DNA from: the human T2T-CHM13v2.0 reference genome, Homo sapiens
DNA length: 64,000 bases
Assembly (NCBI RefSeq): GCF_009914755.1
Contig: NC_060925.1
Strand: one strand, 5' to 3'
Of the stretch, positions 25,541-36,400 are shown piece by piece. Both the position numbers and the translations under genes were made by a program. The notes under the pieces were generated by a model. The model had not been told where the DNA came from. It ran no database searches and saw nothing but the letters and a program-made list of their open reading frames with translations. Numbering within the stretch: the stretch's first letter is position 1; every line of letters starts with the position of its first letter.

Positions 25541-26040
25541 GGGCTGGGGAGGCTGGGGAGGCTGGGGAGGTTGGGGGTGCTGGGAGTCTGGGGAGGCTGG
25601 GGAGGTGGGGGGCTGGGGAGGCTGGGGAGGTGGAGGCTGGGGAGGTGGGGAGGCTGGGGGCTGGGGGGCTGGGGAGGCTGGGGAGGTGGGGGGCTGGGGA
25701 GGCTGGGGAGGTGGGGGGCTGGGAAGGCTGGGGAGGTGGGGGGCTAAGAAGGCTGGGGGGCTGGGGTGCTGGGGAGGCTGGGGAGGTGGGGGCTGGGGAG
25801 GCTGGGGGGCTGGGGCGCTGGGGAGGCTGGGGAGGCTGGGGGTGCTGGGCAGGCTGAGGAGGTGGGGAGGCTGGGGGGGCAAGGGGTGGGGGAGGTAGGG
25901 AGGCTGGGGAGGCTGGGGGCGGGGGAGTCTGGGGAGGCTGGGGGGGTGGGGGGCTAGGAGGTGGGGGAGGCGGGGAGGCTGGGGAGGCTGGGGGGGCTGG
26001 GGGGCTGGGGAGGCTGGGGAGTCTGGCGGGGCTGGGGGCT
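25541..26040. repeat. G-rich minisatellite, ~9-bp unit GGGGAGGCT and variants
   Basis: ~500 bp of GGGGAGGCT / GGGGAGGT / GGGGGGCT units. Confidence 0.93.
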
Positions 26041-27055
26041 GTGCCCTGTGCATGGGGAGTGGACAAGTCTCTTCCCCTCAGGCCCCCATGGCTCACCCAG
26101 AATATAAGAAGTGGACCCCAAATCCATCCCCACTGCCCCTCCTGAATTCCTGCCCAGGCCCCACCCTGCCCTCCAGGCCTCAGGCTCCCCACACACAGCC
26201 AGAGGGGAAGGTCTTTCTCACAGACCCGCTCTTGCCTTTGAAACCCCTTGGTGGCTCCCTGGTGCCCTACAGGCCATCTCCCGGCACCGCAGGCCCTACA
26301 CCTCCCACCACGAGCACCTCCTCAGCTCTCCCGCAGCCACGTCACCTCCTCTCCAAGCTCTCCTCGCATCCTCCACCTCCTCCCCGGGCCAGAACATCCC
26401 CCTAAGCGCTGTCCAGCCTATGTGCTGGGTTTGCTCAGTGTCCCTCTTCTCAGCCAGGGAGCGACTTGTCTGATTCATCCTAGGTCTGAGTGACCCAGGG
26501 CAGGGGACTCGTGGCTCTAATTGAATCCCAATCTCTCCCAAGGCTTCCACAGGACCCTGCTTGAGGACTCTGGCCGCTGCTGGGGCTTGAAGCTTACAAG
26601 GCTTCCCTTTGCGGACACGTCTAGTGCTTCCGCTCTCTTAGAAGCCTCTGCCCTGCTGGGACTGCAGGGGACAGGAGAAGGATTGGAGGAAATGACACCT
26701 CTCAGAGTGAGTGCCAGGGACTGCCATGTCCTGCCAGACACACCCACGTGGAACTGCCCCCAGGACCTCAAGGCAGCTTTGCCCCTGCTGGACTAAGGAG
26801 AGGCCAGGCCAACCTCAGACCCAGGGAGAGGTACCCATGGCCCTGGGACCTCATGAGGAGGGGAAGCAGAAAGAGACGACCATACCTTGGTGCTGCCATG
26901 GAGAGTTGCCAGATTAAAGAAACGGAGGAGAGCAAAAAGAGAGAGACAGCAGTGAGAAGCTTGCCGGGGTTGGCCTGGGAGGGAGAGCGGAGGCCTGCCG
27001 CGGATGGCCCCTGCTGCCCCCAGCCCACCGCACCCCAGAGGTAGGCTCCCTCTCT

Positions 27056-27180
27056 CACACACCATACACACACACACACACACACACACACAAAACCACC
27101 ACCACCACACACACACACCACACCATACACACCCACGCACGGCACACACACGTGCGTTCACATGTGCCCAGGCACACACA
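27056..27180. repeat. (CA)n / CA-rich simple repeat
   Basis: Read directly from the sequence. Confidence 0.85.
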
Positions 27181-30028
27181 CGGCCCTGCCCTGTCCCTGA
27201 GCCGGCCCCAGGACTGTCCCTTGGGGATGCTGATACAAATCCACTCGCTTTCGTCTAAAAGCAAACAAGCTGGCTCTGTGTCTGCCGGCACATTCGCCTG
27301 GAAACGGGCGGCAAGGCCCATCTCTGTGTTTGTTTTTCCAGGGCCTGACATGTGTAGAACATTCCTCAGGCCCCATTCCCCGTGAGCCTGTGGGAAACCC
27401 TGTGGCCGTCCCCAGCCAGCAGCCAAGCTCCGCCTGGAATGGCCATGTGGGCTGCAGCGCCGGGCGGCCTCCCTCTGTCTGTAATGAGGACGCTCCGGGT
27501 GAGTCTGCCGTGCGGAGCCCCTGCCCGTCTGCACTTGGAGGCCAGCTCTGCTGGGAGCGCTCCCCTGTGCAGGCCCCGTGCTGAGCACCAGCCATCCGCC
27601 ATCTCCCTGAGCCCACACCCACCCCATGAGACTCATCCTGCTTTGCAGAAGAAGAAACTGAGACCTACATTTTGCCCAAGATCCCACAGCGGGGAGAGGG
27701 AGGGAGCGTGTGCAGGCCTCTGCTAGAATGCCTCCTCTGCTCGGTGGCCTCGAATGGTCCAGTGAAGTGGGCAGGGGAGAGAGAATCATCCCAGTGGGGA
27801 AGCTGAGGCCCCATGCAGGACAGCGGCTTATTCGAGTCCGCTCAGGGGATCTGTGCACTCAGGACTCGAGCCCCACACTGAGAGCCTGGGACACGGCAGG
27901 ATGTGGTCAGTGCCCAATCAGTAAGAGGACAGGCAGGGGAAGGCCGCCCAGTCCATGTGCGGGGCCTCACACCTGCTGCCTCAGCTGACCTCCCTCGCTC
28001 TCTGAAGCAGGGGTTTTACCTCTCAGGAGGCCCAGGGAGGCCAGGGGCTTTCCTCAGACCTCCAGGACCAGGAGGCATGGCCACGGTCAGAACCCTGGCC
28101 TGGTCCTCTCCAGTCTGTTCTGAGAAACTTTCCCGCCCATGGAGAGAATCCCACATTCTCCAATGCCAGAGGTGAGCTAGGGACATGGCTGGTCCCCTCT
28201 GGAAAGCAAGGCCCTGCCCTGTGAGGGGCCTGACCCGAGGGGCCTCTGGGGGCAGGTGCTGGGACAGCAAACTAGCAACACAGAGCTGCCTGCGGTGTTT
28301 ATGTGGGGAGCTGGATCCGAGTGGGGTGCTGGGCTTGGCGGCTGCACTTCCCAGGCTTCCAGGGGACCTCTTGGGGAGACGAAGGCCTGAGATAAGCCTG
28401 CAGGCTCATTCTGGGCCTGGCCTGACCTAGACCTTGGGGTTCTGTTCACACACCAAGTGGGGGCCAGAGGCCTGTTGCTTTGGGGCTGGGTCCAGGAAAT
28501 GCAGTAAGGAGGGAGGGAGGAAGAAGGAGGGTCAGGGAAGGTGGCCCGAGAGGCACGGGAGGGTAGGGAGAGGGTGCAGGGAGGCCTGGCACTGTCAGCG
28601 CTGGCTTGTGGCCTCTGGGAGACATAACTGGGGGTGCTGGGGCACAGAGCGTGCCTCTCAGGACCTGGGCCAGGGTGCCACGGGCCCCTTGGGCTGAAAA
28701 GGTGACAAAGGCAGGGAGATCTGCTAGCACCCACTCCTCACTTCATGTCCGTAGCACAGCCTGTGACAATGAAGCTGAGAAGGGGAGGACTGTTGGGTTC
28801 AGGTTGGGGATGGGGCCCTTCCTTGCCACCCTCACCCCTCTGCTCTGCTGCATCCCCCAAGATGCCTGCCACATCAGCTCTTCCAGCAGAGAGCACTGGA
28901 CTTGGAGTGGCCCAGCCCAGGTTTGCATCCCAGCTCTGCCACACACCTGCTGTGGACAGGGCAGATGACTCAGTCTCTTTGAGTCTCAATTTATGAAATG
29001 GGGATAATGGGCCCCATCTTGGTTGGTCACCAGGATGAAACTGGGGGCAGTGTGTGTGAGACTGTGGGGCCAGATATACAGAGTGTCCCCCCCAGGGCCT
29101 GGCCTGGCCCCAAGAACATTGCTTCCCTGCTGTTTTCTGGGCACTGAATCTTTTCTGGATCTCGGTTTTCCCGGCTCTAAGGTAAATGGCTGGCATCAGA
29201 GACCTGCAAGTGCCCTTTCAGCTCTGACCTCTGCTGTCTCATGGCCTCCAACTTACCCTGGAGGGGTCAGCTGCCCTCCTGGGCCCCTGTTTCCTCCTCA
29301 TCTGTGAACTGGACGGGCTGGGGGGCAGCCACCCAAATCCCCCAGCCTCTGACCCACAGAGTTCCCCAAACACCTGCAGGAAGCATAGAGAAACCAGCCT
29401 GGGGCCCGGACATGGCTCTGCTGCAGACCCCAGTCTCCTGCAGCACATGGGGGCTGGGGTCCTCCTCAGGCACGTGCCCCTCACCCAGGGCCTAGTGTAA
29501 GGCCCTGGTCTGAGTCAGCTCTGCCACCGTCCAGCTGTGCGATGGTGAGCAGGCACTGGCCTCAGGTGTCCCACTTCCCTAATCTGTCAAATGGCTTCGT
29601 GACTGCCCCTGCCCAGAGCACAGGGTCTGTATGAGATCCTGAGGGGTGAAGTTTTAGAAAGCGCTCTATTAACGGCACATGGAGGGCTGCCTGGGCAGAC
29701 ATTGGAATAAAGCTGCTGTTACCTATGCCTGGTGCAAACAAGGGAAGGAAGGTGGGAAGGGAGCCAGTATCTGGAGGCCTGGGTCACCTGCAGGAGCCTG
29801 GAGTCTTAGGCACTGCCCACCTCCGCTCCTCACCTGCAGGGCTCAACGGACAAAAGACCACCCTGGAGAGCCTCTGACCTGTGTCTACGGAGGGGGCAGG
29901 AAGAGCAGGGAGCAATCTGCTCTGGCGTGGCTGACAGGTTCTGGGGAGGGGACACAGGAAGGCGAATGTGCTCTCTCCATGAGGCTGTGCACGGCTCTGG
30001 TGCCCAGGCTGGTACCCACAGGCCAAAG

Positions 30029-30250
30029 CATTGCTTCTTAACTGGGGCAGGTTTGCCTCCCCTCACCCCCGGGGACATTTGGCATCAGAGAGTTTTGGTT
30101 GTTGCGACTGGGAGTGGGAACATTGCCTCCTATCTAGTGGAGAGAGGCCAGGGATAACTGCTAAACATTCTAGAATGCAGAGGACACCATCCGACCCACT
30201 GCCCTGCCAAGCATCTCCTGCCCCAAACATCGGTGGGGCTACAGGGTAAG
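30029..30250 (+). mobile_element. MER20 (hAT-Charlie DNA transposon)
   Basis: ggggacatttggca...ttttggttgt...tctagtggagagaggccagggat...tgctaaacattctagaatgcagaggaca matches the MER20 consensus as I recall it. Confidence 0.8.
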
Positions 30251-30329
30251 GCAGGGGCTCTGCACTGAATGAGTGGCAGGTGTGTGGCCATCCTCCACCC
30301 CGCCCTGGGCCTCTGCCTGTTGGGCCTAC

Positions 30330-30491
30330 CGTGTCTAGGTGGGTGCGCTGGTGCTTGGCGCGGTCGCTGGAGTTGCTGAAGGCCTTCTGGCAACCCGGGT
30401 GCTGGCACAGGTACGGCTTCTCGCCCGTGTGGCTCCTCAGGTGGATCTTGAGGTTCTCCAGCCGTGAGAAGGCCTTGCTGCAGCCTTCAAA
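30330..30491 (-). CDS. GLIS1: GLIS1 exon, 162 nt, phase 0-0: second half of ZF3 plus ZF4
   Basis: ctgcag|TTTGAA ... GACACG|gtaggc. Encodes [54 protein letters not shown], with the Gli/Glis signatures and TGEKP linker. Confidence 0.97.
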
Positions 30492-33400
30492 CTGCAGGAG
30501 AGGCTGGTGAGGGGAACTCCCAGCCCGGTGGGCACCCCAACCCTGCATGGAAACTAACCCCCCAGGCCTGCCTGGCCCCAGCACCCCTGCCCCTCCCATC
30601 CTGCTGGAGCCTCTGAGAGCTCTGGATCAGCTCCCCATGAAGTGCTCAGGGCCCAGGCCTTATCTGGAAAGGCCTGGTGAGTCCAGAAAAATAGCACCCT
30701 GACTTAGAAATAGGGCGTGAGGGCTGGAGAAGAAAGTGGCCTTTCCAGTTCTGGACCCGAAAGGCTCCCCTCCCCAGGGCCATCTGGAAACGAGGCACTT
30801 GCCCTGACCACAGCACAGCCCCGAATCAGGGCAGGGGTGTGTCCCAGCACAGAGAGCTGAAATAGGGAAGGACCCACAGCCTGGATCTGAACTGGGCTCT
30901 GTCCCAGAGAGGCTTTGGGCAGTGCTCTTGACCCCTCTGCGCCTTGTTTCCTTGTTTTCAAGCTTGAGACTGTGTGGCCACCACTCAAGGCTGACATGAG
31001 GGCCCCAGGGGGTAGGACATTGAATGTCATGGGGTTTGTCCGTCTGGAGCACAGAGTTGATGCTAACTGCTGTCAAAACAAGAGCCACGTTTGTAAACTG
31101 AAGGGCCCTTCACAGATCCTGTGGCTCTGTGACCATATACAGCCCTCCACACCTCTCTTTAGGCCCACCCAATGCCCTAGATCAACATCAGGGGTTGGCC
31201 AGACAATTTCCAGCCTTTGTTCATTCAAGTCACTCAGCAAGGAGTGTCCCCTCTTTCACAGCCACCCACCAACCTCCCTCAGCCCTCACAGCCACCCACC
31301 AACCTCCCTCAGCCTTCAAAGTCAGCTCAAATGCTGCCTAGCGGAAGCAGCAGCCTCTCCTCCTTCAGTGTGATGAGCTGCTCCTTCCGACTTCTCCCCA
31401 TCTGTCCCTGTCCCAGCCAGGCTGATGTTCTGGCCATGTGCTTGCAAGGGTGGGAGGAGGGGACCAGCGCTGACGGGCGCCTGCTACATCCAGGTGTGGT
31501 GCTGGGTGTTGGACACACAACAGCTGTGAAGTATACGGCATTAATGTCCCCATCTCAGAGATGGAGGCTCCATGTGGTCAAGTGACCTGCCCAAGGTCAC
31601 AGGGCTGTGACATGGCAATGACAGGACTCAGGCCAAGTCTGATGCCAAAGGCCAGGTGGCTCTGCTATGCCTGCTGCCTTCCTAGGGCAGGTGACCCTTG
31701 AGGAGGAAGGGACCAGAGGAGGCTGGCCCCCTCTCATGAGCCATTGATTTCATCCTCCATGTCCAGGGCTGAACAGCCAACCATGAGCACCTAACCCAGA
31801 TTAGGGCCCATGGGACCCTGCCCCTCTGACCCAGGGGCCAGCATGGGCTCCCAGCAGCAGGTGGCCAAGGATGAGCTGGTAGCAGCCGTGTTACCCGAGG
31901 ACTGGCGCTCCCAAAGCCTGCTCTTCACATCCTTTCTCTGGGGCTCACCTGCGGGGAGTAGGGGGAGGAGCTGGTTGGGTGCCTGGAGAGGACTGTGGGC
32001 TCATTTCAGACCCTGTGATCCACCTGGCTGATTTTCATGGCCTTGGCTCAAGGCTGTTCAGCACATTGAGTAATTTCTGGTGCGAGGCTGTTCACTGGGA
32101 CAGACTGGCTCCAGTCTGCGGTGAGTGCCAAGCTGCAGAGAGAACTCAGACATGGGTCCTGCCCTCTAGGTGTAGAGAGCCCATGTGGGAGATGCACACA
32201 CGCACACCACCATAAAGCGACGTGGTTGAGATGTCACAGAGGGAGACACAGGGGCTGTGGCCACACAGAGGAGATGCCTGAGGCAGCCTGTGGGCCGCGA
32301 GCTGCTTCCACGGGCTTGATGACTGTAGCGAGCTTAGACAGACATGTAGCAGTGTGGAGACACAGGCAGGCAATTCCCCCAACACTGATGCATTCACCTC
32401 ATTCTGTCTCTGGCCCTGCCCGAGCCCTGAACTGCAACCAACAGATCCAAAGAAGATAGTGGGGTGACGCACACTGAAGGCCAAGGAAGGGCAGGCACCA
32501 AAGCATGAAAAAGGCACAGATTCCCTGTGAAGGCCCCTGAGTGGTTGATGTGGGGTTCATTACGCTGGGGGTGGGCTGGGCTCTACTGGGCAAGGAGTCT
32601 GCAGGGAGCTCAAAGGCCAGATAGCGGGGACTCAAATGCTGGGCCAGTGAGCCTGGACTCCACCTTGGGGAAAGTGGAGACACTTCTCCTAAAGAAGGGA
32701 AAGGACAGGCTCAGATATGTGCCCTAGGAAGACCTCTCTGGCTGCTGGTGACAAGTGGGGACCGGGGGAGGAGACAGGAAGATGGCAATTGTAGCAGTTC
32801 CAGAGGAGGGTCACCAACGCCCCATCCAGGGCAGAGGTGGCAGATGGAGCACAGGCCAGGGCAGAGCTGCTCAGACAGATATGAGAGACACAAGAGACAC
32901 GAGAGACAATGATGGTTCCGGGACAGCTCCCTCTGCGCCTGTCCCCTGGAAGCCCAGTCACAACTTGGGGCCGTGCTCTGCTGGGGCGGGTCCAAGGCGA
33001 GCCACCCACAGCTGGGTTTTAGAAGCTGTTCTGCTTCCTACTTCCAGATGTTGTGCCTTTTTCATGCATCCAAACCAGGAGGAAATCCTGTTTGGGCAGT
33101 AAATAGGCTGCAAGCCACCTCCCTTGCTCGCCTGCAATGGCCTTGTGCCAAGTTCACCCCAACGTGAGATGGGGGAGCCCGGGCTGGAGAGTGGGGCTTC
33201 CTCTCAGCATCCTTTGTTCCCCTCTGGCCCATGCAGGGCAGGGAGGTATCTACAGCAGAGGACAATAACTCCTCCAGGCTTCGTCATTTTCCTGACTGTG
33301 GGAGAGTGCTGGAAGGTGGACCATGATCGATACATCATCTTCTCCCCGAGGTCTGTGTATTCCTGCCTTGGCCAACCCTCTGCTCAGCACAGTTGCTCTG

Positions 33401-36400
33401 TCTCTATTCGGACTGTCCCCCTCCTGGGACTCCTTCCCTTCCAACTCTCTGACCATCTAATTCATACGTTTTTCAAACACAGGATCTGCAGCTTGGTGTT
33501 CATGGTCTTCCAACATGGACCCAACTGCCTCTCCCATGCAGACGCTCCACGCGTGATCTGCAGGAGTGAGACTGTGTCTGAACAGTCCTGAATTCTGTTA
33601 GGAATTTCCATGCCCTCAGGCCTTTACTTCAGTTGTTCCCTAGGCCTGGAATGCCTTTCCTTTATTTGCTCTTTTAGCAAACATCTACTCCTGTTGCTTA
33701 AGCACTCTCTCTCAGAAGCCTGCCTCAAACTTCCCCACCCCATCCTCTGTGACACCCATGAGCTTGTGGGGTAGGTTTTCCCTGCACAGCCATGGCCTTC
33801 TCCCCATGCCTCCAGGCTGAGAGTTTGAGAGTTCCTTGAGAGCAGGGCTGGCATCTCAATCATGGGGCAAAGGGTGGGACAGAAGCATGATATGGGGGTT
33901 GCTGGGCATGCAGTCCACGCACCCCTGTGAGTACACCCCCTTACCCCAGTGTGCAGAAAGGTACCCCGATAAGTGCGTGTGCCCTGATGCCTGTGCTGTG
34001 CCCATGTATGTTGGCCCAGCCTTGTTCTGCTCCCCGCCCCCTGGAACTTTCCAGAGCTGAGCCACAGGCTGGGGTATAATGAGCAGCTGGCTGGGATGCC
34101 CTGATGAGAGTGGCCCGTCCCTCCAGGTGGAAACAGAGGTACCAGCAGACGAAGGGGCACTGCCCCATCAGGACTGGTCTGGGATGAGGATGCTGCAGGC
34201 ACCCCTGGCAGAGCCAGAGTCATGCCCCATCAGGACCAGCATCCCAGACACGCCAGGGGCCTTGAGGGCCTATGGGATCTGCCTGCAGCTGGCTGCCAAG
34301 GTCCCTGTGGTCCTTCCTAGTCAACAACTGCACAGATGGGGACAACAGAGGCACAGAAAGAGGGATGAGAGCGACCATCAGTTCAGCACCTATTGTGTGC
34401 TTGGTTCTGCTGGGCCTGGTGCTGTCACAAATGTGGCACCTTATCTTCTTCACTGCCCAGTAGGCAAGTATTACTGTCTCCACTGACAGATGGGGAGCTG
34501 ATGCTCAGGGTGCAGCCAGCACAGGGGTTACACACACGGACCCTGGTGTAGACCCAGCCCAGGGGGAGCTCTCTGGGTCCCGGGAGCAGCCTCCAATGAG
34601 TGCGAGGTAGCCTTTGGGGTGGGTGTGGCTTGAAGGGCCCCCATCCATAGGCTGTGTAGGGCTGGGAGGGCTGCAGGGAGGGAACCCCCACCATTGGGTT
34701 GTGGGGGCACAGATGCTGCAGAATGGATGCATGGGGCTTGTGAGACCAGAAATGCAGCCATCTAGCACGTCCCTGGCTTCGACCTTGGTTTCTCAGGTGG
34801 AGGGAGGACTTACCTTCAGGTAATGGCACCACGACCCGAGGGCATCGTAATGATTCCATGGGGCCTGCACCACAGGGAGTGCCACTGGGGCGGGGCCTTC
34901 CTGACATCCCGGTCGCCTCAGGCTCTATGGTACATTTGTCCTGGACAGACACCTGCTTCCTGCTGCCAGTGTCCAAGGGTACAGGCTGGCAGAGCAGACC
35001 CTGGACCCCCACTGCAAGGGCTGAGTGCCTCTATGTGGGGGGTTCAGAGAGGGAGATTGTTCCCCCTGTGCCAGGGGCACTGAGCCTGAGCTATGCCATA
35101 GGCAGAACTGCCATCTCTCCTGAGAAAGAAGTGCCTGCAACACAAGGTAAGCCCTGTGGCCTGAAAGCCAGCTGTGCACCCCATCCCTCCACCCCCACCT
35201 GACCACCCACCCCATCCCTGCTACTGTGCACCCCCCATCCTTCCACTCACGCACTTCTGCGAGTCACTCACTCATCCTCTCCTCTTTGAGCACACAGGTT
35301 CTTATCCTCCTGCCTCACTCAGCTGCCCCTCTGTGTGCCTGGCAGTGTGCTCTGAGCTGAGACCCAAGGGCGTCAAAGACCCATAGCTCCAAACACACTG
35401 GAACTTGTTCAGAGCCCTAGGAAGGGGCTGACCCGGGGGCTTCTGGCTGGCAGAGGCTGGGGAGCTACAAAAGCCTTCACAGAGGAGCTCAGCCCTGACA
35501 CCCAGGCAGGGGCTAGAAACACAGAGCCAGGAAAAGCATTCCAGGGAGAGGGCAAAGCATGAACAAAAGCAGGGAGGCTGGAAGAGGTGGGATATGTTCT
35601 GGAAACAGCTAAGGATCTATTGAGCAGAGAAGGAAGGGAAGCAGGGAGAGGAGAGGTGAAAGTAGAAATGGGAGTTTTGGGGGCTCCCTTCATTCAAACA
35701 CATGGGGTAGTGGTTCCTTCTGCAGCAGGCAAATTTGGGGATTTTTGATTCTAAAGACTTCACAGAAGCCACTCCATGCAAGGACTGATGTGGCACAGGC
35801 TCTTCACTTGAGGGACTCTGGTGCGACTTCTGCTGGCTGGACCACCCCAGGTCACGCAGGGCTGATGCCCTGGGTCTGAGCTGTCACTGTTTCTTCCATC
35901 TACCTTTACTAAGCACCTACCGTGAGTCCAGGCACTGGGCTGGACCGGTGCAGGAGGGTGCGACATGGGCCCCTAAGCCTCAAGCACATATGGCCCTGAG
36001 TTGCTGGCACATGGCCAGCCCACCTTGGGGCCTCTCAGTCCCTCATGGTGGATGGCTGGGTGGGTATGGGGCCCCTGACCTCCCACCTTCTACCTGGATG
36101 CTTGAGCCAGGAACATGTTCCCTCCTCTCTGGGCCCTGCATCCAACTAGTCACCAGCCCAGGAAATGCCACCTTGTAATCACCTTCCAGGTCTGCCCCCT
36201 TCTCTTCTTATCCACCCACTGCCCTAATCCACACCCCAGCATCACTTACCTGGGTGACTGCACAGGTGCCATCCTGCCTCCCTCCTGCCTTTCCCAACCC
36301 ATTTCCACGAGCTATCTGAAAAGAAGACTTAAGCCCATAGCTCTGTGTCCCTCCCTGCTCAAACCCTGCATGGTTCCCCAGTGCCTCAACATGTACAGAT

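Noticed and set aside
24860-26192. 397-aa and 259-aa Pro-rich ORFs
   Set aside because: They derive from the G-rich minisatellite. The true exon here (24974-24864) is in another frame.
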